A DNA stretch of 64,000 bases from a virus (lineage: Duplodnaviria; Caudoviricetes): the IMG/VR virus record IMGVR_UViG_2887198475_000002; one strand, 5' to 3'. Below the pieces are notes generated by a model. That model was not told the DNA's origin. It did not search any database and saw only the letters and a list, made by a program, of their open reading frames with translations. Both the position numbers and the translations under genes were made by a program. Shown here piece by piece: positions 27,838 through 38,600 of the stretch (position 1 is the first letter of the stretch; each line of letters starts with the position of its first letter).

Positions 27838-28104
27838 TTAGCTGGAAGGGTTGGCCTTGAACGCGACGGCGTATGATCCATCCCGCTTCCGCAGCAGGAC
27901 GAGAGAGCCATCTGCTGTCTCCGTGAAGGCGCGAGCCGACCACAGCTCGCCGAGTGGCGACGTGGCCCAATCATCGAGCGGCGGATCGACACGAACCACA
28001 CCCAGCATCGGCGCCGCGCGGAATGCTAGCGTTTTGGCATAGCGCAGGGATCGCGCCTGAAGCGGTGTCCACGTCAGACCGGCGCCAGGGTAGCCCAACG
28101 TCAT
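27838..28104 (-). CDS. Hypothetical protein
   Basis: GGAGG SD before ATG 28104. Confidence 0.55.
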   Translation of the reverse strand: MTLGYPGAGLTWTPLQARSLRYAKTLAFRAAPMLGVVRVDPPLDDWATSPLGELWSARAFTETADGSLVLLRKRDGSYAVAFKANPSS

Positions 28105-28210
28105 GTTCGACCTCCGGCTTAGCGGGAAGCGTCGGATTTGCGCAGCACGGAGATCAGGGCCTGGGCTTCTGCAATGTGGCGCTGCCTTGTTCTTGGTGTC
28201 GGAGACACTA

Positions 28211-28574
28211 CACCATAGGCGCATTGATGGCGCAAGCCATGCCACAAAGAAAAATGCACCAGAGGCGCGTTTTTCTTTTGCCAGACCGCGGCGACGAAGG
28301 CCCGCGCCTTGGCCCCCTCGATCGCCTCGACGCTGAACTCTGACGAATTGGTCCGTGCGCCCTCGTGGGCAGCACGAACTGTCCCGCGGCGATTCTTTCA
28401 CCGCTGATCGAACGCGAATGAAAGCTGCTGGAACGGCCCGGCCTCTGTGCGGAACATCGCTGACTCCTCTTTGCAGGCAAACAACACCACAGGCGCATTG
28501 CGCGTTCAATCCACAACCACAAAAAATGCACCAGAGGCGCATTTTTATTTTGCAACATTGATGCGCCTGTGGTG
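28211..28574. promoter_or_regulatory. Five CACCAnAGGCGC operator-like sites in a divergent promoter region
   Basis: Copies at 28211, 28257, 28485, 28529 (+) and 28563 (-); TTGCAA-N17-TGTTGT overlaps the last. Confidence 0.7.
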
Positions 28575-28599
28575 TTGTTGGTGCCGAAGGAGAACGGCG

Positions 28600-29232
28600 A
28601 TGTCGAACCGCAAACTTGAAGCTGCGATCAGCCAAGGTAGCTTGTTTGACCTGCTGGCTGCCCAGGCCCCCCAAGCCTCGCGTCGCCTTCTGATCCTGCA
28701 ATGCGGGAAGTCGAAGAACCCGGCCGAAGGCAAGATACCGGCCCGGGACCGCTACACCGGCCCGCTGTGGACGACGCTCCGCAACGCCGATCCCAACGGA
28801 GAGCGCACCCAGGTTGCGGCGCTCTCGGCCAAATACGGCCTGATCCGCGGCAGCCGCGAAATCGATAACTACGATCTAGAAATGACAGACCGGATTGCCG
28901 AGCAGATGTTGTTTGGCGGCGGAAGCGCCCTCTATCCCGTCGCCGAGCCCTGCAAGGCCAAGACCGAGGCCGGTCGGGACCGCTACCGGGCGAAGCTGGC
29001 CGCCATGGGCCGGACCTCCCCGTTCCGCGAGATCGTCCTGACCGAGCGCGCCGCCGGCGCGCCTCTCACCGAAATCTGCATCGTCGGCGGGCACCGCTAT
29101 TGCCGCGTCGCCGAAGCCCTGCTGGCCGAGTTTCGGCTGATGGGCATCCTTTCCCCGTCATGCAAGATCACCATCATCAACGACGAGATCGGCATGATGC
29201 GGAAGCGGATGAAGGAGTGGATTGCGGCTTAA
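28600..29232 (+). CDS. DUF6884/YaaA-like protein
   Basis: LILQCGKSK..PARDRYTG..LSAKYGLI; AAGGAG SD. Confidence 0.7.
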   Translation: MSNRKLEAAISQGSLFDLLAAQAPQASRRLLILQCGKSKNPAEGKIPARDRYTGPLWTTLRNADPNGERTQVAALSAKYGLIRGSREIDNYDLEMTDRIAEQMLFGGGSALYPVAEPCKAKTEAGRDRYRAKLAAMGRTSPFREIVLTERAAGAPLTEICIVGGHRYCRVAEALLAEFRLMGILSPSCKITIINDEIGMMRKRMKEWIAA

Positions 29233-29257
29233 TCAGAAAAAACGAAAGGAACTGGCT

Positions 29258-29527
29258 ATGGCCACGAACGCACCGTTCCCCCTGGCGGCTTCCGACAAAG
29301 CCCTGATCCTGGCAGCCCTCCGGGCCTACACCCCGCCGGCGCTCCTCGATCTTGAGGACTTGGGCGGGCTGATCGACAGCATCGAACAGGCCGGCAACGT
29401 CTACCTCGACTACGCGGACGCCCCGCCCGCCTGCGAGATCGACATTGAAAAATTCGATGACATGGACTGCCGGCCGCTGCGGGACCGCGGCGAGGAGCAG
29501 TTCATGCACAACGCCTGCGACTGGTGA
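29258..29527 (+). CDS. Early hypothetical protein
   Basis: AAAGGA SD; operon packing. Confidence 0.6.
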   Translation: MATNAPFPLAASDKALILAALRAYTPPALLDLEDLGGLIDSIEQAGNVYLDYADAPPACEIDIEKFDDMDCRPLRDRGEEQFMHNACDW

Positions 29528-29541
29528 GAAGGGAAGCAGAC

Positions 29542-29991
29542 ATGACAATCGCACGCGAATCCTATCGCGCCACCTACCGCATCACCCGCGTCATGTGGAA
29601 AGGCCAACGCCAGCAGAATGACATGAGAGGTGCCCTTCGCGAGCGCCTGGGACTGTCCTTGGAGGAGGCCATCGCCTCCGCCGCCGGCGCGCACCCGCGG
29701 GCCTGGGATGCGGCCTGGAATGCCACGTTCCGCCCCCTGCCGTCCCAGCAGTGGAACCGGGTTGAGGCCGCCTGGGGCAACGTTCACGGGGATTGGGACA
29801 TCTCGTTCCGCATGGCGGTTCGCCGCCAGCTCAAGATAGCGCGCCAGATCCGCCATGAGCGCCAGATGTTCGTGCGTGGGCTGCCGGAGCGTGAGCAGCG
29901 GTTCTGGGAGTTCGACCGGCACGCCAAGGCTATCGCCCAGGGGAAGCCGGCGCGTAGCGGCATCGCCTCCGGCACAGAGCTGGCGGCATGA
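29542..29991 (+). CDS. Early hypothetical protein
   Basis: SD; ATGA overlap with next gene. Confidence 0.6.
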   Translation: MTIARESYRATYRITRVMWKGQRQQNDMRGALRERLGLSLEEAIASAAGAHPRAWDAAWNATFRPLPSQQWNRVEAAWGNVHGDWDISFRMAVRRQLKIARQIRHERQMFVRGLPEREQRFWEFDRHAKAIAQGKPARSGIASGTELAA

Positions 29992-30392
29992 CCACCAGCA
30001 CCGTGCAGCTCACGCTCGCGGAGGCCGAGCTGCTGGAACACCGCCTGTCGATCCCTGACTGCATCGCCGACGCGATCGGCGATTACCGCGAGGACGAGGA
30101 CGGGAACGAAGTCCCCTGCCCGTGGACGCGGGATCAGATCGAGGCAAGTACCCGCGGCTTGCTCGCCCAGGTCGAGAGCCGGCGCTGCATCGACCTGACG
30201 GACGATCTGGCGGTTGAGATCGCCGAGGATTGCATGAGCGGTTCGACGTTCTTTGCTGACATTGACGATGCGGTGGCGACGGGAGAGCTGACGAAGGAGC
30301 AGGCCGCCGCCTACCGGAGTGCCGCGAAAAGCCTCTGCCGCAAACTCAGCAAAGCCGCCGGCCGCAAGCTGGATGGCTTCCCGCCGGCCTGA
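29988..30392 (+). CDS. Early hypothetical protein
   Basis: Coupled ORF with GC3-rich codons. Confidence 0.65.
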   Translation: MTTSTVQLTLAEAELLEHRLSIPDCIADAIGDYREDEDGNEVPCPWTRDQIEASTRGLLAQVESRRCIDLTDDLAVEIAEDCMSGSTFFADIDDAVATGELTKEQAAAYRSAAKSLCRKLSKAAGRKLDGFPPA

Positions 30393-30393
30393 A

Positions 30394-30924
30394 ATGCCCC
30401 GCATCCCGGGCATGAACGACCTGTTTGCTGGGACCGCATACAGCGGCCCCGGCGCAGTCTGCGGCATCTGCGGCCGCGCCCTGAAAAATCCCGCCAGCAT
30501 CGAGCGGAGCATCGGCCCCGTCTGCGCTGGCAGCGCCCATCCAAAGACCACCAGCAAGGAGGCTGAGGAAATGCGCGCTCGATACACGACGGAGGTGGAA
30601 ACGGTGCTCGGCATAGCCGCCATCACCATCCGCGATACCGGGCACGACAGCACCAAGAGCGTGACCAATGATGCCGAACGTGTGGTCCTCGATCTGCGGG
30701 AGCGTGGCTTCAAGCTGAACATGCCCGTCATCTACTGCGACAGTATGGGCCGCTGGGACGGTCTGACGATCCGCAACGGCGTGTTCGCCGGCTTCTACCC
30801 GCTCAATTCCCCCGGCAGCACCGACTACAAGGAAGCCAGGGTGATGCTCGCCACCATGATGGCGTTGCGCGATCAGCGCCTGGGCGACGCCACGCCCCGC
30901 GGTCCGGTGTCGGTGGAGGATTGA
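30394..30924 (+). CDS. DUF6011-like Zn finger fused to a domain paralogous to 31555-31839
   Basis: CGICGRALKNPASIERSIGPVC. Confidence 0.65.
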   Translation: MPRIPGMNDLFAGTAYSGPGAVCGICGRALKNPASIERSIGPVCAGSAHPKTTSKEAEEMRARYTTEVETVLGIAAITIRDTGHDSTKSVTNDAERVVLDLRERGFKLNMPVIYCDSMGRWDGLTIRNGVFAGFYPLNSPGSTDYKEARVMLATMMALRDQRLGDATPRGPVSVED

Positions 30925-31109
30925 CCGTGAGCGACCCTCTTTTTCTCATGTTTCTGGCGTGCGCTGCCAGCCTCGCCGGGGGGCCGTTCATGATCCACGG
31001 CACACGCTCCCTCAAGGTGGGCGCGCCGGATTGGGGCGCCATGAGCATCGGCATAGCCTTCCAGGCCGTGGCTTTCCTCCTCGTCATCGTATCCATTCGG
31101 AACACTTGA
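30921..31109 (+). CDS. Small two-TM protein
   Basis: Two hydrophobic segments; coupled. Confidence 0.45.
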   Translation: MTVSDPLFLMFLACAASLAGGPFMIHGTRSLKVGAPDWGAMSIGIAFQAVAFLLVIVSIRNT

Positions 31110-31111
31110 CC

Positions 31112-31552
31112 GTGCAACGCGAAGAAAGCCCCAGCTCTGATCCGGCGCCCAATGCGCCGGAGGAGCCTGTCCTGATCTTCAAACACAACCGCGGCTACTA
31201 CCGGCCGAACGAGTGCGGCTACACCAACTGCACCCGCTACGCCGGGCACTACCCGCGGCCCCAGGCGGAGGAAATCGCGGCGATCGAGCCGGAGAATTTC
31301 ACCCTCTACCCGGTGCCACAGGACCCGCCGGAGCTGGAAGCCCTGGCGGAGTCCATGTTCCTCGCCGACTGCGAGGAGCCTGATGCGCACAAGCGGAAGA
31401 TCGGAGGCGTTCCGGCCGAGTATGCCCGCTGGGGCGAGGGGTGCGGGACGCAGATCGGCATGACAGCGTGCGAGAGCTACCGCCGCCGCGCGCGCATGGT
31501 CCTGTCGCTGCTGGCCCAGCAGCGCATCAGCATAATCCGGGGAGACGGCTAA
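31112..31552 (+). CDS. Early hypothetical protein
   Basis: YYRPNECGYT..AG.Y pattern seen in small phage proteins. Confidence 0.55.
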   Translation: MQREESPSSDPAPNAPEEPVLIFKHNRGYYRPNECGYTNCTRYAGHYPRPQAEEIAAIEPENFTLYPVPQDPPELEALAESMFLADCEEPDAHKRKIGGVPAEYARWGEGCGTQIGMTACESYRRRARMVLSLLAQQRISIIRGDG

Positions 31553-31554
31553 CC

Positions 31555-31839
31555 ATGCGATCCCGCTACACGACCGAGATCGTCAACAACGTGATCTGCA
31601 TTGAGGACACGGGCGACGAACATTGGGACGAGACGCGCAGTGTCACCGATGACTTGGACAACGTCATCGCCGACCTGAAAGAGCGCGGCTTCGATCTGAC
31701 CCTTCCCATCATCTACAAAGATACAGAGACGGGACTCTGGGATGCCGTGATGGTCCGCGACGATCGCTTCGATGGCTTCCAGCGACTCTGCGTGGAATCG
31801 CGGTCTGCCGCCATCTTTGAAGTCACGCGCGAGGACTGA
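31555..31839 (+). CDS. Early hypothetical protein
   Basis: GGAG SD; paralog of 30394 C-terminal domain. Confidence 0.65.
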   Translation: MRSRYTTEIVNNVICIEDTGDEHWDETRSVTDDLDNVIADLKERGFDLTLPIIYKDTETGLWDAVMVRDDRFDGFQRLCVESRSAAIFEVTRED

Positions 31840-31840
31840 G

Positions 31841-32533
31841 ATGTCAGGCGCCCCACGAGAGCAGTACCGCGGCGCCGCCCTCGTGGGGCGGGTGTCTGGG
31901 GGAGCACCCCTGCCCGTCTGGATGGATCTCGTGACGATCGAGTGGCCCGAAGTGCCGGAGCTGCACCGGAAGGAACTGCCGAGGCAAAAGGCGAAGCTCC
32001 TCGTGGATTGGGCCGTGGACTGCGGGCGGGACCAGACGAAGCTGCCTCCCCCCTACACGGCCATTCACCCCAACCCGGGGCCGGGCGCTGTGGCCACCGC
32101 GCCACCACCGCCTCCGGATCCGCCGCGCCTCGCGCTCGACCCGCCGAATCCAGGCGCGGCAGAAGCTGCGGCGCAGCTCCGCGCCGCGCTGGACAGCGGC
32201 CAGCCGCTGAAAGCCGGGGCGGCCATGCACATCAAGGCCGGGCGCAACAGCGGGTGGTTCCTCACCTTCCCAGCCGTCTCCGGCCTGCGCCGATTCCATG
32301 GGCAGAATGGAGCAGCCTACACCCACGCCCTCCTGCCAGCCTGGGAATACCAGCCGGCCGAGCTGCGGGAGATGCTTGGCGACTTGGAGGACTTGGCTGC
32401 CGGCAAGGGGCAGCCGACGAAGGAGACGACACCGGTGAAACCGCCGCCGGTGAAGCCACCGCCAGCGAAGCCCGCCGCAGCCGGCGGGAACCGCAAATAC
32501 CAACGCGACGAAAATGGAAGGCTCGTGTTCTGA
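31841..32533 (+). CDS. Early hypothetical protein
   Basis: GAGGA SD; coupled. Confidence 0.55.
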   Translation: MSGAPREQYRGAALVGRVSGGAPLPVWMDLVTIEWPEVPELHRKELPRQKAKLLVDWAVDCGRDQTKLPPPYTAIHPNPGPGAVATAPPPPPDPPRLALDPPNPGAAEAAAQLRAALDSGQPLKAGAAMHIKAGRNSGWFLTFPAVSGLRRFHGQNGAAYTHALLPAWEYQPAELREMLGDLEDLAAGKGQPTKETTPVKPPPVKPPPAKPAAAGGNRKYQRDENGRLVF

Positions 32534-32862
32534 TGAACATGCGACGCATCATTCTGGCCGCCGTCTTGTTCTGCGCCACGTCAGGCCCCGTGCTGGCGAA
32601 GGCCGCACCGCAGGCCGTCTGCGCCGACTATGCGGCGATGGCTCAACAATTCGCGCAGGATCGCGACGAAGGCATAGCCGAGGACGAACAGCGCAAGACC
32701 GTCCGACTGCTGTACCAATACAGCCCGACCCCAGGCGCCCAGGAACGCCTCGCCCTCGCGGAACAAATCATCACTGCGGTCTACAGCACCGCGGTTGATG
32801 TGCCGCCCAACGCTATGAAAGGCATGATCTATAACCAGTGCATCAACGGCGGCCGCAGGTAG
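32533..32862 (+). CDS. Small secreted protein
   Basis: Signal peptide ending VLA; Cys pair. Confidence 0.6.
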   Translation: MNMRRIILAAVLFCATSGPVLAKAAPQAVCADYAAMAQQFAQDRDEGIAEDEQRKTVRLLYQYSPTPGAQERLALAEQIITAVYSTAVDVPPNAMKGMIYNQCINGGRR

Positions 32863-33204
32863 CATTACCGCAAAGCAGGCGCGCAAGCTGGTGCTCCTGC
32901 GCGATGCGGACGGGTGGCTCCTCTGCCCATATTGCGACGGCCGTGCGAAGCTAGTGACCCTTCTCTGACATTTTGTCGACGAGACCGAATGGCCGGTCTT
33001 AGCCGGAAGCGGAATGGCGGTTTTGCGGGGGGTTCGTCAAAGAGCGGACTTCATGGATCGTCACTCTGGACGACGGGTGTTTCAACGAACCCCAATATGT
33101 TATGCTCTGTTCGGGGTAGGCTCCTGATCGCTTTCCCGCCGCAGTAGGGGTAAGCTCTGCCTCCTACGCGCGACATTCAGGCGCAAAGGAGAGGAAGAGG
33201 CAAC

Positions 33205-33888
33205 TTGGCGACCTACAGCAAGACGATCATCTGTCTGGCGAACTCGTGGAAACTCGGCGCGCGATGCATCGCCGGAAAAGTCGTAACCCCGCAAGGTTTT
33301 GGCGAGTGGATACGACCTATAGGTACAGCAGACCACGGCGCGGTCTCGTATCAAGACCGCCATTATGACGGAGGCGCTGACCCCGCCTTGCTCGACGTCA
33401 TTGAAATCCAGATGTCGTCGAAGTCTCAGCATGCATTTCAAGTTGAAAACCATAATATCGACAATCAATGGTATTGGAGGCTGGTCCGAAGAGCCGCACC
33501 TGCGGAACTCGACAAAGCCCTAGACCCGCTTCAACGCGACCTATGGGGCACTTCTCTCTTTTCCAGCGGCAGCGGCGCCAACGACCGTGTTGCGGAACAT
33601 ATCGCGCCGAACTTCGGTTATTCCTTGCGGCTCATACATGTAGCTGACCTAGAAATTCGAGTTTCTGTAGAAAATCCGAGTTTTACTAATAAAAAGACAG
33701 TGCGAGGTTATTTTACGTACTCCGGAGCCAGGTATGGATTGGCTGTCACTGACCCAGAGACTAGATCGCTCTATATTTCTAGACCAGAAGCAACTTACCC
33801 TGTTGGGGCAGCGATTTTATGTGTTAGTCTTGGTGAGCCATTAAATGGGTATGTCTATAAGCTGATTGCAGGGGTGTTCCTGCCTTGA
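33205..33888 (+). CDS. Dual-OB-domain-like protein
   Basis: ICLANSWKLGARCIAG..WIRP..VTDP..VSLGEP..YKLIAGV. Confidence 0.75.
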   Translation: MATYSKTIICLANSWKLGARCIAGKVVTPQGFGEWIRPIGTADHGAVSYQDRHYDGGADPALLDVIEIQMSSKSQHAFQVENHNIDNQWYWRLVRRAAPAELDKALDPLQRDLWGTSLFSSGSGANDRVAEHIAPNFGYSLRLIHVADLEIRVSVENPSFTNKKTVRGYFTYSGARYGLAVTDPETRSLYISRPEATYPVGAAILCVSLGEPLNGYVYKLIAGVFLP

Positions 33889-34568
33889 GCGCGTCGTTTA
33901 CCAGAGTAAGCGAGGAGGAAGCCGTGGAGCCAAGAGAGGGTACCAAGGTGCTCACAATTGGGCACTCCACGCTTGCCCTCGATTCATTTCTCAATCTGCT
34001 TAAAAAGGCAGGAGTAACAGCCGTTGCTGACGTGCGAAGCACGCCATTTTCACGGCGCTCCCCACACTTCAGCCGTGACGAATTTCGTGCCGCGCTCAGG
34101 GAAATCGGAATTAAATATGTGTTCCTCGGCAAAGAGCTGGGTGGTCGCCCTCGCGCCAGCAACCTCTATTGCGACGGAGTTGCGGACTATGAAAAAATGG
34201 CTGTGGAGCCTGCCTTTCTGAAAGGCATTGAGCGGATTGTCAAAGGCTCCAATGAGCATACGATTGCGCTCATGTGCTCGGAACATAACCCGCTAGATTG
34301 TCACCGCTGCCTTTTAGTCGGGAGAGCGCTAGCAGCGCGTAAAATTTTACTCGGGCACATATTGAGTGATGGAAAGACCGTTACCCAATACCAGATAGAA
34401 GAAAAGCTTTTAGCTTTATCTGGTTCTGAAAATAAAGACATGTTTGCAACTCGCGAAGAACTACTGGCTGCTGCCTATCGGTCAAGGGCGAGATCCGTCG
34501 CCTACCGGGAACCCGCGCGAGAACTGATGGCGCCGGCCGCACCGCATTGGTCTGATCATGCCTTTTGA
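33885..34568 (+). CDS. DUF488-family protein
   Basis: TIGHS, DVRSTPFSR, ELGGRP, ALMCSE..CHR. Confidence 0.85.
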   Translation: MSASFTRVSEEEAVEPREGTKVLTIGHSTLALDSFLNLLKKAGVTAVADVRSTPFSRRSPHFSRDEFRAALREIGIKYVFLGKELGGRPRASNLYCDGVADYEKMAVEPAFLKGIERIVKGSNEHTIALMCSEHNPLDCHRCLLVGRALAARKILLGHILSDGKTVTQYQIEEKLLALSGSENKDMFATREELLAAAYRSRARSVAYREPARELMAPAAPHWSDHAF

Positions 34569-35001
34569 CGTTACAACTATCGGCTTCACTAAAACCAATG
34601 CGAAGGGATTCTTTGACCGCCTCGTTTCGGCTGGCGTCAAAGTTCTCTACGATGTTCGGCTGCACAATACGTCGCAGCTTTCGGGTTTTGCTAAGGCCGA
34701 TGATCTTGCTTTTTTTCTCCAAAAAATTGGCAACATAAAATACCAGCATCAACCGCTACTTGCTCCTACAGATACTATGCTGAAATCATTCAAACGCGAT
34801 AAAGGGGATTGGGATGAGTATCAGAAAAAATTTCTTGACTTGATGATAGAGCGCAGAATTGAAGACCGTTTCAATCCATCTTTATTTGACGGTGCCTGCC
34901 TTCTTTGTTCCGAAGCCACCCCACACCACTGCCACAGGCGACTGGTCTGTGAGTATCTTAATTCCAAATGGGGCGGCGCCCTAAAAATAAGGCACCTATA
35001 G
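34558..35001 (+). CDS. DUF488-family protein, second subtype
   Basis: TIGFTK, DVRL.NTSQLSGFAK, LAPT, LLCSE..CHRRLV. Confidence 0.85.
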   Translation: MPFDVTTIGFTKTNAKGFFDRLVSAGVKVLYDVRLHNTSQLSGFAKADDLAFFLQKIGNIKYQHQPLLAPTDTMLKSFKRDKGDWDEYQKKFLDLMIERRIEDRFNPSLFDGACLLCSEATPHHCHRRLVCEYLNSKWGGALKIRHL

Positions 35002-35231
35002 CGGTTGAAGTCGCGACGCGCGAGGCCCGCATCGCTGCCCACGCGGCATTCGATCGGCTGTGGCAGGCGAAGATGCGCCGCGACGGCTGCACGAAAGGCG
35101 TTGCGCGCAGAGCCGGGTATCGTTGGTTGGCCAGCCAGCTCTACATGGACCCGGCGTACTGCCACATCTCGTGAATGGACGCCGATCTGTGCCACGAGGT
35201 GGAGCGGATCTGCATGGCCGTTGGCCGATGA
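35002..35231 (+). pseudogene. 3' remnant of a DUF3268-like gene
   Basis: ARIAAHAAFDRLW..YRWLA..CHIS*MD..C; no start codon, internal stop. Confidence 0.55.
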
Positions 35232-35274
35232 AGCGCCGTCGCCAGAACCGAGCAAGCGGCGTGGCGACGGCGCT

Positions 35275-35481
35275 TTATTCATTTGAGAGAACGTATCGTG
35301 CGGCCTTGCCGGCTAACCAGCAAGCGACGGCAATAAAAAGGCACAATGCCGTGAAATAAGAGACTTCATCCAGCGGGTATCCAAACAGCACCATGGCTGC
35401 GTTACGGAAGGCACATACAACGAATATCGCGGCCAAGCAGACCCCGAGCCAGTAAAGGACCCTGCCCAAGCGAACAATCAT
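35275..35481 (-). CDS. Small two-TM protein
   Basis: Two hydrophobic helices. Confidence 0.55.
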   Translation of the reverse strand: MIVRLGRVLYWLGVCLAAIFVVCAFRNAAMVLFGYPLDEVSYFTALCLFIAVACWLAGKAARYVLSNE

Positions 35482-35639
35482 AGATCAGCCCCACTAACCG
35501 CCCGCACCCATGCGCGAGGCGTAACGTAATCGTAACGGAACCGGACATCCGCCTCAAGCAAAGGTAAACGTTCCCTGGTGGCGATGGCGGAGCCGAAAGC
35601 CTGAGCGCGCGGCCCGTGCCGCGGCTGAGACGGTCGGCG

Positions 35640-35655
35640 GTCGTGACGGCAGCCT
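35640..35655 (+). promoter_or_regulatory. GTCGTGAC putative late-promoter motif
   Basis: GTCGTGAC-GGCAGCCT, 18 nt before ATG 35666. Confidence 0.7.
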
Positions 35656-35665
35656 TCGCCGCATC

Positions 35666-38600
35666 ATGCAGACCGACACGCCGCCACCCGTCCTCCTGTT
35701 CTTCGCCAAGGCGGTAATCCGCGGCGGCGCCAGCTCTGACCTGTTCGCGGATAAGGTCGAAGTCGCAGGCTACACGAACACCCACGGGACGTTCGTGGCC
35801 CCGCACAAGGCCACCCGGCACAAGCGCCGGGTGGTCCGCGCCGTGCCGGAGGCCGCCAGGGTGCATGTGCAGCCGGATCTGTTCGGCGCCCGGCTGGCGG
35901 CCGAGGCCCCAGCGAAGCGCACCCCCAAGACGGACGATCGGCAGACCATGCTGTTCGGCGCGCCAGCTCCGGCGCCAGAGCAGCCTGCCGCGACACCGGA
36001 GGCCAAGCCGCAGGACATTGACCGCCGGCTGGCCGCGCTGAAGGAGCGCCGCGCGCCGCATCCGGAGGAGGTGGCGCCGGAACCGGCCGCAGCTCCGCAG
36101 CCGGCGCCGAAGGCGCAGGAGGCTCCGCAGGCCGCGCCCGCGCCCCAATCCATCGCTGACCGGATCGTCCAGACTTACCTCAAGCTGACCGGCGGGCAGG
36201 TCAACCGCCGCGCCCGGCTGGCCGACATCCGCGCCGCAATGCCCGACGTGCCGCGCGAGGATCTGGACCGGGCGCTGTTCGCCCTGGCCCACGGCGGCGA
36301 TGCCGGGCTGCTGCGGAACGACGATCAGGCGATGCTGCGGCCGGAAGATCGGACTGCGGCCGTTCAGATCGGCGATCAGGAACGGCATCTGCTGTGGCTC
36401 GACCGGCCGGACCCGAAAGTGGCCGGGCAAGAGTCCCCGGAGCCTCCCGCGCCAGCCCAGGAGGCACCGAAGGCGACGGAGCCGGCGGCGAAGGTGCCGG
36501 ACGCCATCAAGGGGCGGCTGAAACGCGCGCTGGCCGCCCTGGCGGACGTGGAAGCCGCGATGGAGGGCGCCCGCCGCACCGACGAGAAATTCCAGGGCGA
36601 CGGGCGCTACGAGTACGACGCCTACCAGAACCGCGCCACCCAGCGCGAGGCGGCGCAGGCCATGCTCGCCAAATTCCGCGAGCAGGCCCGCAAGCTGGGC
36701 ATCGACCCCGAGGCGACGATCCGCGAGCTGGGCGGCGAGCCGAACGTGTCCATGTCCCAGGCGGGGCAGGCATACGCCGCCGGGACCGGACAGGAGCCGG
36801 ACGTATCCAAGACGGAAGTCGGACAAATGCCGGCAGCACCGGCCGAGCAGAAGCCGTCCGCTGACCCGCTGCATGCCAGCGACGAGGAGTGGCGCCGGGC
36901 GATCTACGACGCGATGCAGGCTCGGTGGGACGCCGGCAAGGACGTGACGGTCCGCACCGCCCTGCGCGTGACGAAGATCGGCCCGAAGCACCGCGATTCC
37001 GTCCGGTTCCGCGACGAGCAAATCCAGATCGCCCGCGGCAAGGGGTGGGACACCCTGCTGGGGATCGGGCGCGAGATCGACCAGCTCGCGCACGAGCTTG
37101 GCCTCCCCACCGGCCAGCAGCGGGCGGATGCGCAGCAGGCGGCGCGCACCCCGGAGGACGACGCCCGCGACGAGGCCCAGCTCGACGCGGCGGCGCGGGA
37201 GCTGCGCCCCCTGGTGGACGCCCAGGACCGTGCCCGGGAGAAATGGGCCACAAGCCGCAGCTTGGAGGACGAGAAGGCGCTCGATGCCGCCGGCGCCCCT
37301 GTGCAGGAGGCCGGCAAGCGGCTCGGCCTGACCGAGCTCCGCCTGCATGACGCCATCGAGCTGGCGTCCAACATGGACCCAGCGCCGGCCGGAGCCGGAC
37401 AGGAGCCGGACGAACCCAAGGCGGAAGCCGGTCAGAAGCCGGACACACCACCGGCGGCTGCCGAGCCGGCCCCGGGGGCAAAGTCGGAGCCGATCAAGCT
37501 GCGCCAGGGCGATGGCGAGGCTGCCTCCGTCCTCCTCCATGCCGCCGCCAGGGGCGACAAGGAAGCCGCCGGGCGGATGACCGCCAAGGAAATGCTCGAA
37601 GCCGCCAACCGGCGGAAGTTCGACATTGCGCAGCGGAACCAGCGCGATCCGAGCCTGCAAACCTATGCCGACGCGCTGATGAACCTCGTGGTGGAGCATG
37701 CGAACGCGGACGGGAAGCATGACGCGTTCCTGTCTAGCCTGAAGGGGCAAGCCGCCTTCAACTTCCTGACCGACGCCATCGGCGAGACGCTCGCCCAGGC
37801 GATCGAGGAGGCCCAGCCGCAGAAAAAAGGGCGGAAGAAGGCCGGGAAGGAGCCGGCGCAGGCCGGACAGCAGGCGGCGGACAAGCCGGACGAAACGCGG
37901 GCAAAAGCCGGACAAACGCCGGCCGAGCGCCCCAAGAAGGGGGCGAAGGGCGACCGGGCCGCGGTGGTGGCCGCGGTGCGCGATGCGCTCGACCGCGACG
38001 ACGCTCCGGCCGCCATCGCCGCCCTCGAATCCCTCACCTACCAAGACCTGCAAGCCGCGGCTGACGCCCTCTCCCTCCCCTTCACCGCCAACCCCAAGGG
38101 CAAGAAGGAGCTTGTCGGGCGGCTCCACAAAATCATCCCGAAGTTGACGCGCAGCGCCGTTGCCGCCTTCCAGCGCGAGAAGCACATCGCCGGAATCCGG
38201 TCCGAACTGAAGAAGGACGAGCACGCCCTGGCGGACCGCGAGGCGTGGGAAGCCGGGAGCAGTCCCGACGATCCGGCGTGGGCCTATGCCCGTCTGCCCG
38301 TGGGATTGACCAAGGATCAGCTCAAAGAGCGGATCGCGCAGCGCCGCCGCGAGCTGGCGCAGGCCGAGGGGGGCGCCAGCCCAGAGGAGCCCCAGCCGGA
38401 AGCGCCGGCAGAGTCCCCGCCCCCGGCCGCTCCGGCGAAGCTGACCAGTTTCGGCGTCCAGCCCGGCACCACGAAGGGCGAGCGGAAGAAGGCGAACAAG
38501 CGCGCCCTCGCCATCCTGGCCGAGAAGCGCGACGAGGAGATGACGGACGAGGACCGCGAGGCCCTGGCCCGCTACACGGGCAACGGCGGCGTCGGGGATT

